The notes: generated by a model from the sequence alone, not told the origin. A stretch of 24,000 nt of DNA from Alphaproteobacteria bacterium (GCA_963555825.3 CAUVXB020000001.1:1578242-1602241), one strand, 5' to 3'. Shown: positions 7,176 to 16,052, counted from the first letter of the stretch. Program-made: numbers and translations.

Positions 7176-8494
7176 GCTACGGGCTGATCGCCGTGCTGAT
7201 GTTCTCCTCGATGATGCTCATGCTGCTCACCGGGCAACGCGTGTTCGCCGCCATCGGCTTCGTCGCCGTCGCGTCGGCGCTCTGGCTGTGGGGCGACGGC
7301 GGCTCCGAAATGGCGTTCACCGCCGCCATGAAGCTGATGAAGTGGTATCCGCTGCTGACCCTGCCGCTGTTCATCTACATGGGCTACATGTTGTCGGAGT
7401 CGGGCATCGCCGACGACCTTTACAAGATGTTCCATGTCTGGTTCGGCCCGGTGCGCGGCGGCCTGGCGATCGGAACGATCGGCCTGATGGTCATGATTTC
7501 GGCCATGAACGGCTTGAGCGTCGCCGGCATGGCGATCGGCGCGACGATCGCCTTGCCGGAGCTGTTGCGGCGCGGCTATGACAAGATAATGGTCACCGGC
7601 GTCATCCAGGCGGGAAGCTCGCTGGGGATATTGGTTCCGCCCAGTGTCGTTCTCGTCCTCTACGGCATGATCGCCCGGCAACCGATCGGCCAGCTCTGGC
7701 TCGCCGGCGTCTTGCCCGGCCTGATGATGGCGACGCTGTTCGTCGCCTACATCGCCATCCGCTGCTTCATTCAGCCCGAACTGGGCCCGCCGCTGCCGCG
7801 CGAAGAGCGTGACGTGGGTTGGGGCGAAAAGCTGCGGCTGCTCAGGGCCGGCATCGTTCCGCTGTTGATATTCTTCTCGATGACCGGGTTGTTCCTTCTG
7901 GGGATCACCAACCTGACCGAGAGTTCGGCCGTCGGCGCGACGACGGCGACGCTGGCCGCGCTGGTCAAGGGCCGGCTCACCAGGCAGGTGATGGAAGAGA
8001 CGATCCGCAAGACGCTGGGCATCAGCTGCATGTTCATGTGGATCATCCTGGCCGCGCTATGCTTCGGCGCCGTCTTCGATGGGCTCGGCGCGGTCAAGGC
8101 GATCGAGGCGTTCTTCATCGGGAGTTTGGGGCTGGGCCCGTGGGAAGTGCTCATCATGATGCAGCTCTCCTACCTCCTGATGGGCATGTTCCTCGACGAC
8201 ACGGCGATGCTCGTCATCGTCGCGCCGCTCTACGTGCCGCTGGTCAAGATTCTCGGCTTCGACCTGGTGTGGTACGGCGTGCTCTATACGATCACCTGCC
8301 AGATCGCCTACATGACACCGCCGTTCGGCTACAACCTGTTCCTGATGCGCGCGATGGCGCCGCCCGAGGTGACGCTGGGCGATATCTACCGCTCGATCAT
8401 CCCCTTCGTCTTGGTCATGCTGGTCGGCCTGATTCTGGTCATGGTCTTCCCCGAAATCGCCCTCTGGCTGCCGAAATTGCACTACGGGAATTGA
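7172..8494 (+). CDS. dctM: TRAP transporter large permease subunit (DctM family)
   Basis: 440 aa, polytopic, with a typical DctM length and sequence character. An ATGA overlap joins it to dctQ. Confidence 0.9.
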   Translation: MSYGLIAVLMFSSMMLMLLTGQRVFAAIGFVAVASALWLWGDGGSEMAFTAAMKLMKWYPLLTLPLFIYMGYMLSESGIADDLYKMFHVWFGPVRGGLAIGTIGLMVMISAMNGLSVAGMAIGATIALPELLRRGYDKIMVTGVIQAGSSLGILVPPSVVLVLYGMIARQPIGQLWLAGVLPGLMMATLFVAYIAIRCFIQPELGPPLPREERDVGWGEKLRLLRAGIVPLLIFFSMTGLFLLGITNLTESSAVGATTATLAALVKGRLTRQVMEETIRKTLGISCMFMWIILAALCFGAVFDGLGAVKAIEAFFIGSLGLGPWEVLIMMQLSYLLMGMFLDDTAMLVIVAPLYVPLVKILGFDLVWYGVLYTITCQIAYMTPPFGYNLFLMRAMAPPEVTLGDIYRSIIPFVLVMLVGLILVMVFPEIALWLPKLHYGN

Positions 8495-8528
8495 CGCTGG
8501 CGGCAGGCGGCCGCAATGATGCCAAGGG

Positions 8529-10121
8529 TCAGCCGTCGAGCGCGACGAAGGCCATCGCCTGGTGGACGGTGCGTCGGGCGTGCTTGCGCTTGAGCGGTGA
8601 GTTGATGAGCCGGTTGAGCGCCGCGACGACGTCGCGGGCCGCCTCGCCCGCCGCGCCCGACGTGACTTCGGCACGCGCGGCCAGCAGCGTCTTCACGAAA
8701 TGGATCGAGACGATGTATTCGTCGCGGCCGTGGTCGAACAGGCTATCGACCGAGGCGTCGAAGAACGCGTCGACGTCGGTGACGCGCCAGTCCTCGAGCG
8801 CGATGTCGGGATCGGTAAAGGCGGCGTTGCGGCCCGAGAAGCACGCCATCTGCAGCAGCCCCGCGGGCCACAGCTCGGGGAACTTGGCGCATTCGAGGCG
8901 TAGCGCGTTGGCGAAGGTGATCGCGTGGGTGAAGTCGAGCCAGCCGATGTTGTCGGCGATCTGGCCGTCGACCTGGTTCTGGTAGGCGAGGTCGTAGGTC
9001 GCCATGTTTCGCGCGTTGGCGCCCAACAGCGCGCGATAGAGCGCCTCGGCGGGCGCGGCGCCGTGATCGGCCGTCAGCGCCAGCGCGTGCTTCACGTTGA
9101 GGCCGCGGAACGCCTCGGCCGAGGGCGCGACGCCATTGGCCTTAGCCCCGAAACGCTCGAGCGCCGTGGCGTAGCCGCGGTATTCGGGGATATGGTCCTC
9201 GCGCGTCGCGTAGACCAGCGAACGGACGAGCGAGAACAGCAGCGGCGCGGCGACGCGGCGGCCCAGGCGGTCGATCAGCCGGCCGACCTTGACGACGTAG
9301 ATCAGCGAATGGCCGAAGTCGTTGTAATGCGCGAGCGCCGCTCTCGCGAATCCCCGCTCGACGTCGGCGAAGCCGAGACCACCGTCGAGCGCGCCGCGCA
9401 TCATGGCGACGGCGGTATCCTCGTCCTCGTCCTCGATGGCGACGACGAAGCGGTCTTCGTCGTAGTCGGCGACGCCGTCGGCGTAGGGATATGTCGTCGC
9501 CTTGCGCTGCTGATGCAGGTCGTAGGCGATGTGGCCGACGGTTTCGACCAGGCCGACGAGCTGGGACTCGGGATCGTCGGCGTATTCGTCGTAGAGCGCG
9601 AGCCAGTCCGCCGCGCCGGCATAGGCGTGGGTCATGCCGAACTCGAAACGCTCGTAGGACCACCCGATCGCCTCGGCGACCGCGTCGACCGGGTCGGCGC
9701 CCAACAGGCGCAGCCGCGCGATCTCGCGCGCCAGCCGGGTGTAGTCGTGCTCGTCGAAGGCGTCGCGCAGGTTGCCCATGATCTCCGCGCGACGCGCCTT
9801 GGCCGGCTCGTCGGCGATGTCGATCCAGATCTCGCCGTCGCGCAGCGCGACCGGATAGGTGCGCAGCCGGTCGCCGCCATAGAGGTTGGCGCCGGTCGCC
9901 AGGTCGAACTTCCAGTTGTGCCAGTTGCAGGTCAACACGCAGGCGCCGTCGAGGGTGCCCCGGCGCAGTGGATAGCCCTCGTGGGGGCAACGGTTGTTGC
10001 AGGCGAGGACGCCCTTGGGCGTGTCGAACAGCGCGATCTGCCGCCCGGCCATGCGGACGACCCGCCGGCCCTTCTGCTTGAGCGCGTCGAGCGTCAGCGC
10101 GCGGCGCCAATCGGTCGTCAT
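8529..10121 (-). CDS. Rieske [2Fe-2S] domain protein fused to a ~430-aa uncharacterised, probably helical, C-terminal domain
   Basis: The Rieske ligand motifs CPHEGYPL and CNWHNWKF lie in the first ~100 aa. The start is set at MTTDW (the ATG at 10121, preceded by GAGGGGGG). The longer ORF to 10310 would overlap the upstream gene and is Arg-rich junk. I do not recognise the C-terminal domain, which contains HYNDFGHSLIYVVK, YATREDHIPEYRGY and GWLDFTHAITFANAL. Confidence 0.85.
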   Translation of the reverse strand: MTTDWRRALTLDALKQKGRRVVRMAGRQIALFDTPKGVLACNNRCPHEGYPLRRGTLDGACVLTCNWHNWKFDLATGANLYGGDRLRTYPVALRDGEIWIDIADEPAKARRAEIMGNLRDAFDEHDYTRLAREIARLRLLGADPVDAVAEAIGWSYERFEFGMTHAYAGAADWLALYDEYADDPESQLVGLVETVGHIAYDLHQQRKATTYPYADGVADYDEDRFVVAIEDEDEDTAVAMMRGALDGGLGFADVERGFARAALAHYNDFGHSLIYVVKVGRLIDRLGRRVAAPLLFSLVRSLVYATREDHIPEYRGYATALERFGAKANGVAPSAEAFRGLNVKHALALTADHGAAPAEALYRALLGANARNMATYDLAYQNQVDGQIADNIGWLDFTHAITFANALRLECAKFPELWPAGLLQMACFSGRNAAFTDPDIALEDWRVTDVDAFFDASVDSLFDHGRDEYIVSIHFVKTLLAARAEVTSGAAGEAARDVVAALNRLINSPLKRKHARRTVHQAMAFVALDG

Positions 10122-10189
10122 GACGGCCCCCCTCGGTCGATCTGAAGCATGCCGGGAATCGTGGGGCCGAGGCGGCGCGGAGTCAAGCC

Positions 10190-11128
10190 TCAGCCGTTGT
10201 TGGTGACCGACATGGCGTCGATGTCGCCCAGCACGCGCGTGACGATATCGGCGTTGTCGAACAGCGCCGCGAAGTCGCTGTCGTCGAACACGCCGATCTT
10301 GTCCCCCCACGACTCGCGCCTCGCGTCGAGGCCCAGATACTGGCAGACGATGCGCGTCGCGAACGGCTCCTTGTCCTCGGCCCCGGTCAACAGCGACAGG
10401 CCCTGGATATAGGTGAAAGGGCGCGCCGAAGGCTCGTTCAGCGTCATCGATTGGAGCTCGCCGTCATGATGGCCAATCAGAAAGATACGGCCGTTCCGAC
10501 TGTGGACGTAGCCGGCGATGATATGGCTGCGCGCTTTATGCCGGTCGAACTGGTCGGCGTATTTGATGAACAGGGTGAAACGCGGCATCGGCAGGCCCTC
10601 GACCGAAACGTCCAGGGTCGGGCTGAGCGGCAGAATATGCAGCCACGACACCGACATTCGTCCCGGTCGGTGCGAGCGGCGTATCGCCAGATAATAGCCG
10701 CTGTAGCGGTCGAACACGCGCTGCACGTCGCCCTCGGTGATCGGCAGCTGCACGCGGATCAGGTCGAGGCGCGCGATACGGCCGACGATGCCTTCGCGCG
10801 ATCGCGGCGGTTGCGCCGCATCCTGGGCGCCGACGCCGTCGGGAAACAGCTCGCGATTGCTGGCGACGTATTTGAACAGCCGGCCAAGGAACACGTTGTC
10901 CGGGCGCAGGCTCTTGCCGTAGGCGAAGTTGCGCACCGTGTGTTCGGCCGAGTCACAGCCGCGCGCCAGATCCTTGAGACGGAGGCCCCGGTTGCTGCGT
11001 ACGAAATTGACGGCCTCGCGTAGCCGTTCGACCTCGGCGCCACTCAGCATGGCGCCGACGTCGCGGTCGGGCCGCGAGAAATCCATGTCCGGTATCATAT
11101 CCGCCCCCATCCGCCATGGTCGGATCAC
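10190..11128 (-). CDS. XRE-type HTH domain protein with an uncharacterised ~190-aa C-terminal domain (putative regulator)
   Basis: RGLRLKDLARGCDSAEHTVRNFAYGKSLRPDN looks like an HTH_3/XRE motif. The codon bias is GC3-rich like its neighbours. The start is ambiguous: a GTG at 11128, or ATGs at 11110, 11098 and 11086. It lies 68 bp upstream of, and co-directional with, the Rieske-fusion gene. Confidence 0.7.
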   Translation of the reverse strand: MIRPWRMGADMIPDMDFSRPDRDVGAMLSGAEVERLREAVNFVRSNRGLRLKDLARGCDSAEHTVRNFAYGKSLRPDNVFLGRLFKYVASNRELFPDGVGAQDAAQPPRSREGIVGRIARLDLIRVQLPITEGDVQRVFDRYSGYYLAIRRSHRPGRMSVSWLHILPLSPTLDVSVEGLPMPRFTLFIKYADQFDRHKARSHIIAGYVHSRNGRIFLIGHHDGELQSMTLNEPSARPFTYIQGLSLLTGAEDKEPFATRIVCQYLGLDARRESWGDKIGVFDDSDFAALFDNADIVTRVLGDIDAMSVTNNG

Positions 11129-11394
11129 TTGCGCCGCGCCGCATGCACGACCGTGTAATAATTTGCCACTAATAGATTAATTTAAATGTTTCTAATCATA
11201 TAACACCACAAATCTACTCTTAAAATACATATTTCACAAATGTTGGCCAGATATAATCCGTTGAAATTATTGCTTTATCACGCTCCAGCATCACAAACTC
11301 TCGATGAAATTCTATAATCTCCAAATACTAATATACACAATGTTACTACGCTCTCGCTCAAAAACAAACCTAAATCCAGGACGGGAGATTGGTC
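11129..11394. promoter_or_regulatory. AT-rich divergent intergenic region with repeated CACAA(A/T) motifs and a sigma70-like promoter candidate
   Basis: About 30% G+C by eye, between roughly 11154 and 11378, in an otherwise high-GC context. CACAAATCT is at 11207, CACAAATGT at 11235, CACAAACTC at 11292 and CACAATGTT at 11336, all in the same orientation. TATAATC occurs twice (11252 and 11313). ATCACA-N17-TATAAT (11290-11318) faces the + strand gene. Confidence 0.6.
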
Positions 11395-11925
11395 ATGTCA
11401 GAGGCTCGGGATTACGTCACCGCTCCGACCCCAATTCGACGGCTTGATGACGACGACGAACCGGGGATAACGCTCAGCATCATCGACACGCTCGACAACC
11501 TGCGGCAGATCGCCGGGCGCTGCCTCACGGACGAGCCGTTGGGCCGGGATTTGTCGAGCTGGCTCGGCGAAGCGCTCGACCAATATCTGACACGCCAGGC
11601 GCGTACCATCGAGGAGGCGCTCGGCCTGATCTTCCCCCAGGGCGGCGTGCCCTGGTGGCGCGAGGAGGCGATCCGCATCCGTGACGCGGCGTTCCGCGAA
11701 TGGGCCGACGGGTTTCCCGACGACTGTTCGATTTGCCGCCAGGCGAATCTAATCTGGACGAGCGCGGTGCGCTATGCCGCGTCGGCCTGGCAGATCGACA
11801 GCAACAATGTCGAGATGCCGATGCGCTATATCGAGACGCCCAAGGAGTATCTGTGGCGCGCCTTCAAATCGGGCGCGCCGATGCCGATCGGCGAACGCCA
11901 ACTGCGCAACATCCTGGCGCACTGA
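11395..11925 (+). CDS. Hypothetical protein (176 aa), no recognisable domain
   Basis: GGACGGGAGA lies ~8 nt upstream of the ATG at 11395. The codon usage is GC3-rich and host-like. The N-terminus is acidic (RRLDDDDEPG), and there is one CxxC (CSIC). Confidence 0.65.
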   Translation: MSEARDYVTAPTPIRRLDDDDEPGITLSIIDTLDNLRQIAGRCLTDEPLGRDLSSWLGEALDQYLTRQARTIEEALGLIFPQGGVPWWREEAIRIRDAAFREWADGFPDDCSICRQANLIWTSAVRYAASAWQIDSNNVEMPMRYIETPKEYLWRAFKSGAPMPIGERQLRNILAH

Positions 11926-12048
11926 TCGCAGCGCTATCGCCAGCGACGCGGCGGCCGCTTGTACTGGCAGGTATTGTGGCCTAACGTCGAGGGTAGTGGT
12001 CGATGTAGTGGTAGTTACGGGTCGAACGCGGCGCGTCATCGGCCAGGA

Positions 12049-13563
12049 ATGTCGATTGTGACTCCGGCGACCGGCGCCGATCGGCCGGGATCGGATTCCG
12101 GCCAACGTGTCGGTGTTGTCGACATCGGCTCGAACTCGACCCGGCTCGTCGTCTTCGACGGGCTCCAGCGTGGCGCAATCCCGGTCGTCAACGAAAAGGA
12201 ACTTTGCGGACTCGGGCTTGGCCTGGCGAGGAACGGCCGGCTGAGCGACGCGGCGATGGCCTGCACCCAAGCGAGCGTCGCGCGGATGACGCGGCTCGCC
12301 GAGGCGATGGGCGTCACGCGGCTCGACTTCCTGGCGACCGCCGCGGTGCGCGACGCGCGCAACGGGCCGAAGTTCGCCGCGGCGCTCGAGCGCACCGCCG
12401 GGCAGCCGGTCCGCGTGATCGACGCGGCCGAGGAGGCGCGCCTGTCGTCACTTGGCGTTGTCAGCGGCTTCGTCGGCGCCAACGGCATCATGGGCGACAT
12501 GGGCGGCGGCAGTCTCGAACTCGCGGCGATCAAGGGCGACAGAATCGGCGATTACACCACCCTGCCGCTCGGCGCCTTGCGCCTGATCGATCGCGGCGGC
12601 GTATCGAAGTCGGCGCGCCTGCGGATCGACCGCAAACTCGACGGCGTCGAATGGCTCGGCGCCAAAAACCCAACGTCTTTCTATGCGGTCGGCGGCGCCT
12701 GGCGCAGCCTCGCGCGCATCCATATGGTCGAGACCGAACACCCGATCCGTATGGTTCATGGCTTTGGCCTCGCGCGGCGCGAGGCGGAAATTCTGTGCGA
12801 CATGGTCGCGAGCGCGGACCCATCGTCACTCGAGACGCTGCCCGATATCTCGAAACGTCGCGTCGAGACGCTGCCGGTCGCCGCCATGGTGCTCAAGGGC
12901 GTGCTCGACCGCGTCGCGCCTAAATCCGTCGTATTCTCGGCGTTCGGTTTGCGCGAGGGCTGGCTCTATGATTTGCTCGACGCCAAGGAACGCGCGCGCG
13001 ATCCGCTGATCGTCGCGTGCCGCGATCCGCTGCTCGCACCGCGGCGTTCGGACGCGCTGGCCGATTTGCTGATCGACTGGACGGCGCCGCTGTTTCCGGA
13101 CCAGAGCCGCGCCGGCCGTCGGCGCCGGCGCGCCGCGACCCTGCTCAGCGACATTGCCTGGCGCGACCCGCCCGATCATCGTGCCTGGCACGCCTGCCAC
13201 CGCGCGCTCTACCTGCCGATCGGCGGGCTCGGCCATGCCGACCGCGCCTATCTCGCGATCGCGCTGGCGACGCGCTATGGCGGGGCGAACGGAAACGGCC
13301 TGATCGGGCCGCTGTGGCCGCTGCTCAAGCGCCGCGAGCGGCACGACGCGGTCGTGCTGGGCGCCGCCCTTCGGCTCGGCTATGCGATATCGGGCGGCGC
13401 GCCCGAGCTGTTGCGACCGTGCAAGCTCGTCGTCCGCAAGAAAGTCGTCGAACTCGCCTGCGATAGCGACGATGCACCGCTACGGTCGGAGACCGCCCAA
13501 CGACGGTATGACGCGCTGGTGCGCGCAATGGCGGCGGAAGACCTACCGATGGCGTCCGGTTGA
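12049..13563 (+). CDS. ppx: Exopolyphosphatase / guanosine pentaphosphate phosphohydrolase family (Ppx/GppA)
   Basis: VGVVDIGSNSTRLVVFDG is the ASKHA phosphate-1 motif typical of Ppx/GppA, and GIMGDMGGGSLEL is the second motif. The protein is 504 aa from the ATG at 12049. Confidence 0.9.
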   Translation: MSIVTPATGADRPGSDSGQRVGVVDIGSNSTRLVVFDGLQRGAIPVVNEKELCGLGLGLARNGRLSDAAMACTQASVARMTRLAEAMGVTRLDFLATAAVRDARNGPKFAAALERTAGQPVRVIDAAEEARLSSLGVVSGFVGANGIMGDMGGGSLELAAIKGDRIGDYTTLPLGALRLIDRGGVSKSARLRIDRKLDGVEWLGAKNPTSFYAVGGAWRSLARIHMVETEHPIRMVHGFGLARREAEILCDMVASADPSSLETLPDISKRRVETLPVAAMVLKGVLDRVAPKSVVFSAFGLREGWLYDLLDAKERARDPLIVACRDPLLAPRRSDALADLLIDWTAPLFPDQSRAGRRRRRAATLLSDIAWRDPPDHRAWHACHRALYLPIGGLGHADRAYLAIALATRYGGANGNGLIGPLWPLLKRRERHDAVVLGAALRLGYAISGGAPELLRPCKLVVRKKVVELACDSDDAPLRSETAQRRYDALVRAMAAEDLPMASG

Positions 13564-13568
13564 CAGGC

Positions 13569-13642
13569 TGGAGCGGGTGAAGGGAATCGAACCCTCGTCG
13601 TAAGCTTGGGAAGCTTCTGCTCTGCCATTGAGCTACACCCGC
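13569..13642 (-). tRNA. tRNA-Gly (anticodon CCC), 74 nt, with the CCA end encoded
   Basis: The minus strand reads GCGGGTG TA GCTC AATGGCA GAGC A GAAGC TTCCCAA GCTTA CGAC GAGGG TTCGATT CCCTT CACCCGC T CCA. It folds as a cloverleaf with a 7-bp acceptor stem, a GTTCGATTC T-arm and a CCC anticodon in a 7-nt loop. There is one mismatch at the base of the anticodon stem. Confidence 0.93.
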
Positions 13643-13931
13643 GCAATAGCCTGGGAAGGCTGGAATATAGGGGCCTAGGCGCCTCTTGAGCAAGGTCACT
13701 GTTCGACTGAAATATGGATCGGATTGGCAAGAGCCGGCTACGCCGCGTCACACTCATGCCACACTGCTCAATATCGTTCGACCACTGTTCACGAAAACCA
13801 TCCGTGTTCGGCAACCTCGCATACCTACGTTGGCGAAACGAATTTGAGTGAGATTCTCGGCTAGATAGCTTAGAGAAGTGCGCCGGACGCGGTCAGCGTC
13901 CATGACGGGAACGAGTGAGAGACCGGGGACC

Positions 13932-14354
13932 ATGAGCGAGAAAACAGCCAGCGGCGAGAAAACCGCAAAACAGACGACATCCGAGACCAAACCGACGCCG
14001 TCGTCGACATCGGCTGACGGCGCAGCGCCTCCAAGCGGGAAATCGACCAAGGAGCGGGCCGCCGCCGACCACGGGGTGAGCTATTTCTCCAGCGTTTCCA
14101 GCCCGCATTACCGCGCCCGCTGGGATTCGATCTTTTCCTCTGGCGGGAATACGGCGACCAGGAAACGGCGGGCAAACCCGGGGAACGGCCTGCCCGTCAC
14201 CATCGCGCTGGACCCTTCCGACCTCGACGACGAGGTTCGGGCGCGGATCGAGGACGCCTTCCGGCGCAAGGCGAAGACGCGGCGCATCAAGTTCGACCGG
14301 TTCATGAAGCAGGCGCAGATGACCTGGCGCCTCGAATGCGAGTTCACCGAATAG
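13932..14354 (+). CDS. Hypothetical protein (140 aa) with a K/T/S/E/P-rich low-complexity N-terminus
   Basis: The ATG is at 13932. The first ~45 aa look disordered, followed by YFSSVSSPHYRARWDSIF and a basic C-terminal half. I recognise no family. Confidence 0.55.
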   Translation: MSEKTASGEKTAKQTTSETKPTPSSTSADGAAPPSGKSTKERAAADHGVSYFSSVSSPHYRARWDSIFSSGGNTATRKRRANPGNGLPVTIALDPSDLDDEVRARIEDAFRRKAKTRRIKFDRFMKQAQMTWRLECEFTE

Positions 14355-14523
14355 CCACCGGCGACGAGATCACGCGATGAACCCGGGTAGCGTGGCCATC
14401 GCGGCGGTACCTGCGTATAGTCGGTCGCGAAGCCCCGCGACGCACACGAACTGTTGATTTGGTACTGGCCCAAAAACGCCTTAGCTCTAACCGTGAGTTC
14501 TTGCAGCCGAATTCCGTGGACCG

Positions 14524-15483
14524 ATGACCAAAACTGCCCTCGCCGCCGCGCCCCAGCTCGATCCGCGAAAGTTCCGCGACCCCGACGTCACTGCCGACGG
14601 CGAGCGTCGCGCCTCGGTCGCGTTCGCTGGCCTCGAGACGCTGTGGATCAACACCGGCACCCTGTGCAACCTGACCTGCAGCAACTGCTATATCGAGTCG
14701 AGCCCGCGCAACGACCGGCTCGTTTACATCACAGCGGCCGAGGTCGCCGTCTATCTCGACGAGATCGAGCGCGAGGCGCTGGGCGCTCACGAGATCGGCT
14801 TCACCGGTGGCGAGCCGTTCATGAACCCCGACATCATCGTCATGCTCGAGGACAGTCTTGCCCGCGGCTTCCGCGCCCTGGTGCTGACCAACGCCATGCG
14901 GCCGATGCTGAAGCTAAAGTCGCGTCTGCTGGCGCTCAAGGCACGATTCGGCGACCGCCTGGTGATGCGCGTCTCAGTCGACCACTACGGTCCGGCGCTG
15001 CACGAAGTCGAGCGCGGCAAGCACGCTTGGCGGCGCATAATGGAAGGCCTCGAGTGGCTCGCCCGCAACGGCTTCAATGTCCACGTCGCCGGCCGCACCT
15101 GCTGGGGTGAATCGGAGGCTGATTTGCGCCAAGGCTTCGCGCGCCTGTTCGCCGAGCATGGCTTGCCGATCGACGCCGCCGATCCGGTCGAGCTGGTGCT
15201 GTTCCCCGAAATGGACGGCACCGCCGACGTGCCCGAGATCACCGAAAAATGCTGGTCGATCCTGGGCGTCGAACCGCGGTCGATGATGTGTGCGACCTCG
15301 CGCATGGTGATCAAACGCAAGGGCGCGGCACTGCCCGCCGTCGTCGCCTGCACGCTGCTGCCCTACGAACCGGAATTCGAGCTCGGCCACGGCCTGGTCG
15401 AGGCGCAGGCGACGGTGAAACTCAACCATCCGCACTGCGCAACCTTCTGCGTGCTCGGCGGCGCATCCTGCGGCACGGGCTAA
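14524..15483 (+). CDS. Radical SAM enzyme with a Cys-rich C-terminal extension (architecture reminiscent of the ArsS / radical-SAM-Cys-rich family)
   Basis: CNLTCSNCY is the CxxxCxxC 4Fe-4S/SAM motif, and GFTGGEPF is the GGE SAM-binding motif. The C-terminus is ...HPHCATFCVLGGASCGTG. The sub-family assignment is tentative. Confidence 0.85.
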   Translation: MTKTALAAAPQLDPRKFRDPDVTADGERRASVAFAGLETLWINTGTLCNLTCSNCYIESSPRNDRLVYITAAEVAVYLDEIEREALGAHEIGFTGGEPFMNPDIIVMLEDSLARGFRALVLTNAMRPMLKLKSRLLALKARFGDRLVMRVSVDHYGPALHEVERGKHAWRRIMEGLEWLARNGFNVHVAGRTCWGESEADLRQGFARLFAEHGLPIDAADPVELVLFPEMDGTADVPEITEKCWSILGVEPRSMMCATSRMVIKRKGAALPAVVACTLLPYEPEFELGHGLVEAQATVKLNHPHCATFCVLGGASCGTG

Positions 15484-15629
15484 TTCTCTTGGTTTAGGAC
15501 CGGCTCGCCTCTGACCGCGACCACCATCGGGCGCTGGACAAAACCGCGTCAACGGACAATATTCCCTATCGGTCGCGCGGCCGTCACGGCGGCGCGCCTC
15601 GTACCTCTTCGACGTTCGGGATCGCGCTG

Positions 15630-16022
15630 ATGTATCAAGCAACGACACGTACAATTCAGGTCACGGTCGAGACCTTCTATCTCGCTGAACAATCGACGCC
15701 CAGCGACGACCATTACGTCTGGGCGTATCAGATTCACATCGAGAACCAGGGCCCCGAGATCGTCCAGCTGCTCAACCGGCATTGGTACATCACCGACGCC
15801 AACGGCCGCGCCCAGGAGGTCGAGGGCCCGGGCGTCGTCGGCGAACAACCGGTCTTGAACCCGGGCGAGTCGTTCGAGTACACCAGTGGCACGCCGCTTT
15901 CGACGCCTTCGGGCATCATGGTCGGCACTTACGAGATGGTGACCAGCACCGGTGAACGGTTCGACGTGAAAATTCCGGCGTTTTCGCTGGACAGCCCATA
16001 CCAGCCGGTCAGCGTACATTAG
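15630..16022 (+). CDS. apaG: ApaG (DUF525) protein
   Basis: 130 aa. ...[26 protein letters not shown]...[41 protein letters not shown]... is a classic ApaG sequence. Confidence 0.93.
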   Translation: MYQATTRTIQVTVETFYLAEQSTPSDDHYVWAYQIHIENQGPEIVQLLNRHWYITDANGRAQEVEGPGVVGEQPVLNPGESFEYTSGTPLSTPSGIMVGTYEMVTSTGERFDVKIPAFSLDSPYQPVSVH

Positions 16023-16052
16023 CCGTGCCTGGGCCGGAACGAGGAGAATTTC

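Noticed and set aside
7819-8985. 388-aa + strand ORF running out of frame through dctM and into the Rieske gene region
   Set aside because: It is an alternative frame of a clear DctM permease. It is Arg/Gly/Asp-rich and crosses a convergent gene junction.
8925-10145. 406-aa + strand ORF antisense to the Rieske-fusion gene, and the 322-aa minus-strand alternative frame at 9142-10110
   Set aside because: The minus-strand frame with Rieske motifs and balanced composition is the real gene. These alternatives are Arg/Gly-rich shadows.
10122-10310. N-terminal extension of the Rieske ORF (start at 10310)
   Set aside because: The extension is almost pure Arg/His/Gln and would overlap the 3' end of the upstream gene by 120 bp. 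The internal ATG at 10121 has a strong SD and begins the conserved Rieske fold.
11129-11394. A small protein or toxin gene hidden in the AT-rich spacer
   Set aside because: Only trivially short open frames are present (for example the 5 codons at 11186), and stop codons are dense in all six frames.
13569-14354. A genomic island integrated at tRNA-Gly
   Set aside because: There is no integrase gene next to the tRNA. I found no direct repeat of the tRNA 3' end elsewhere in the window. Flanking genes on both sides have host-like composition.
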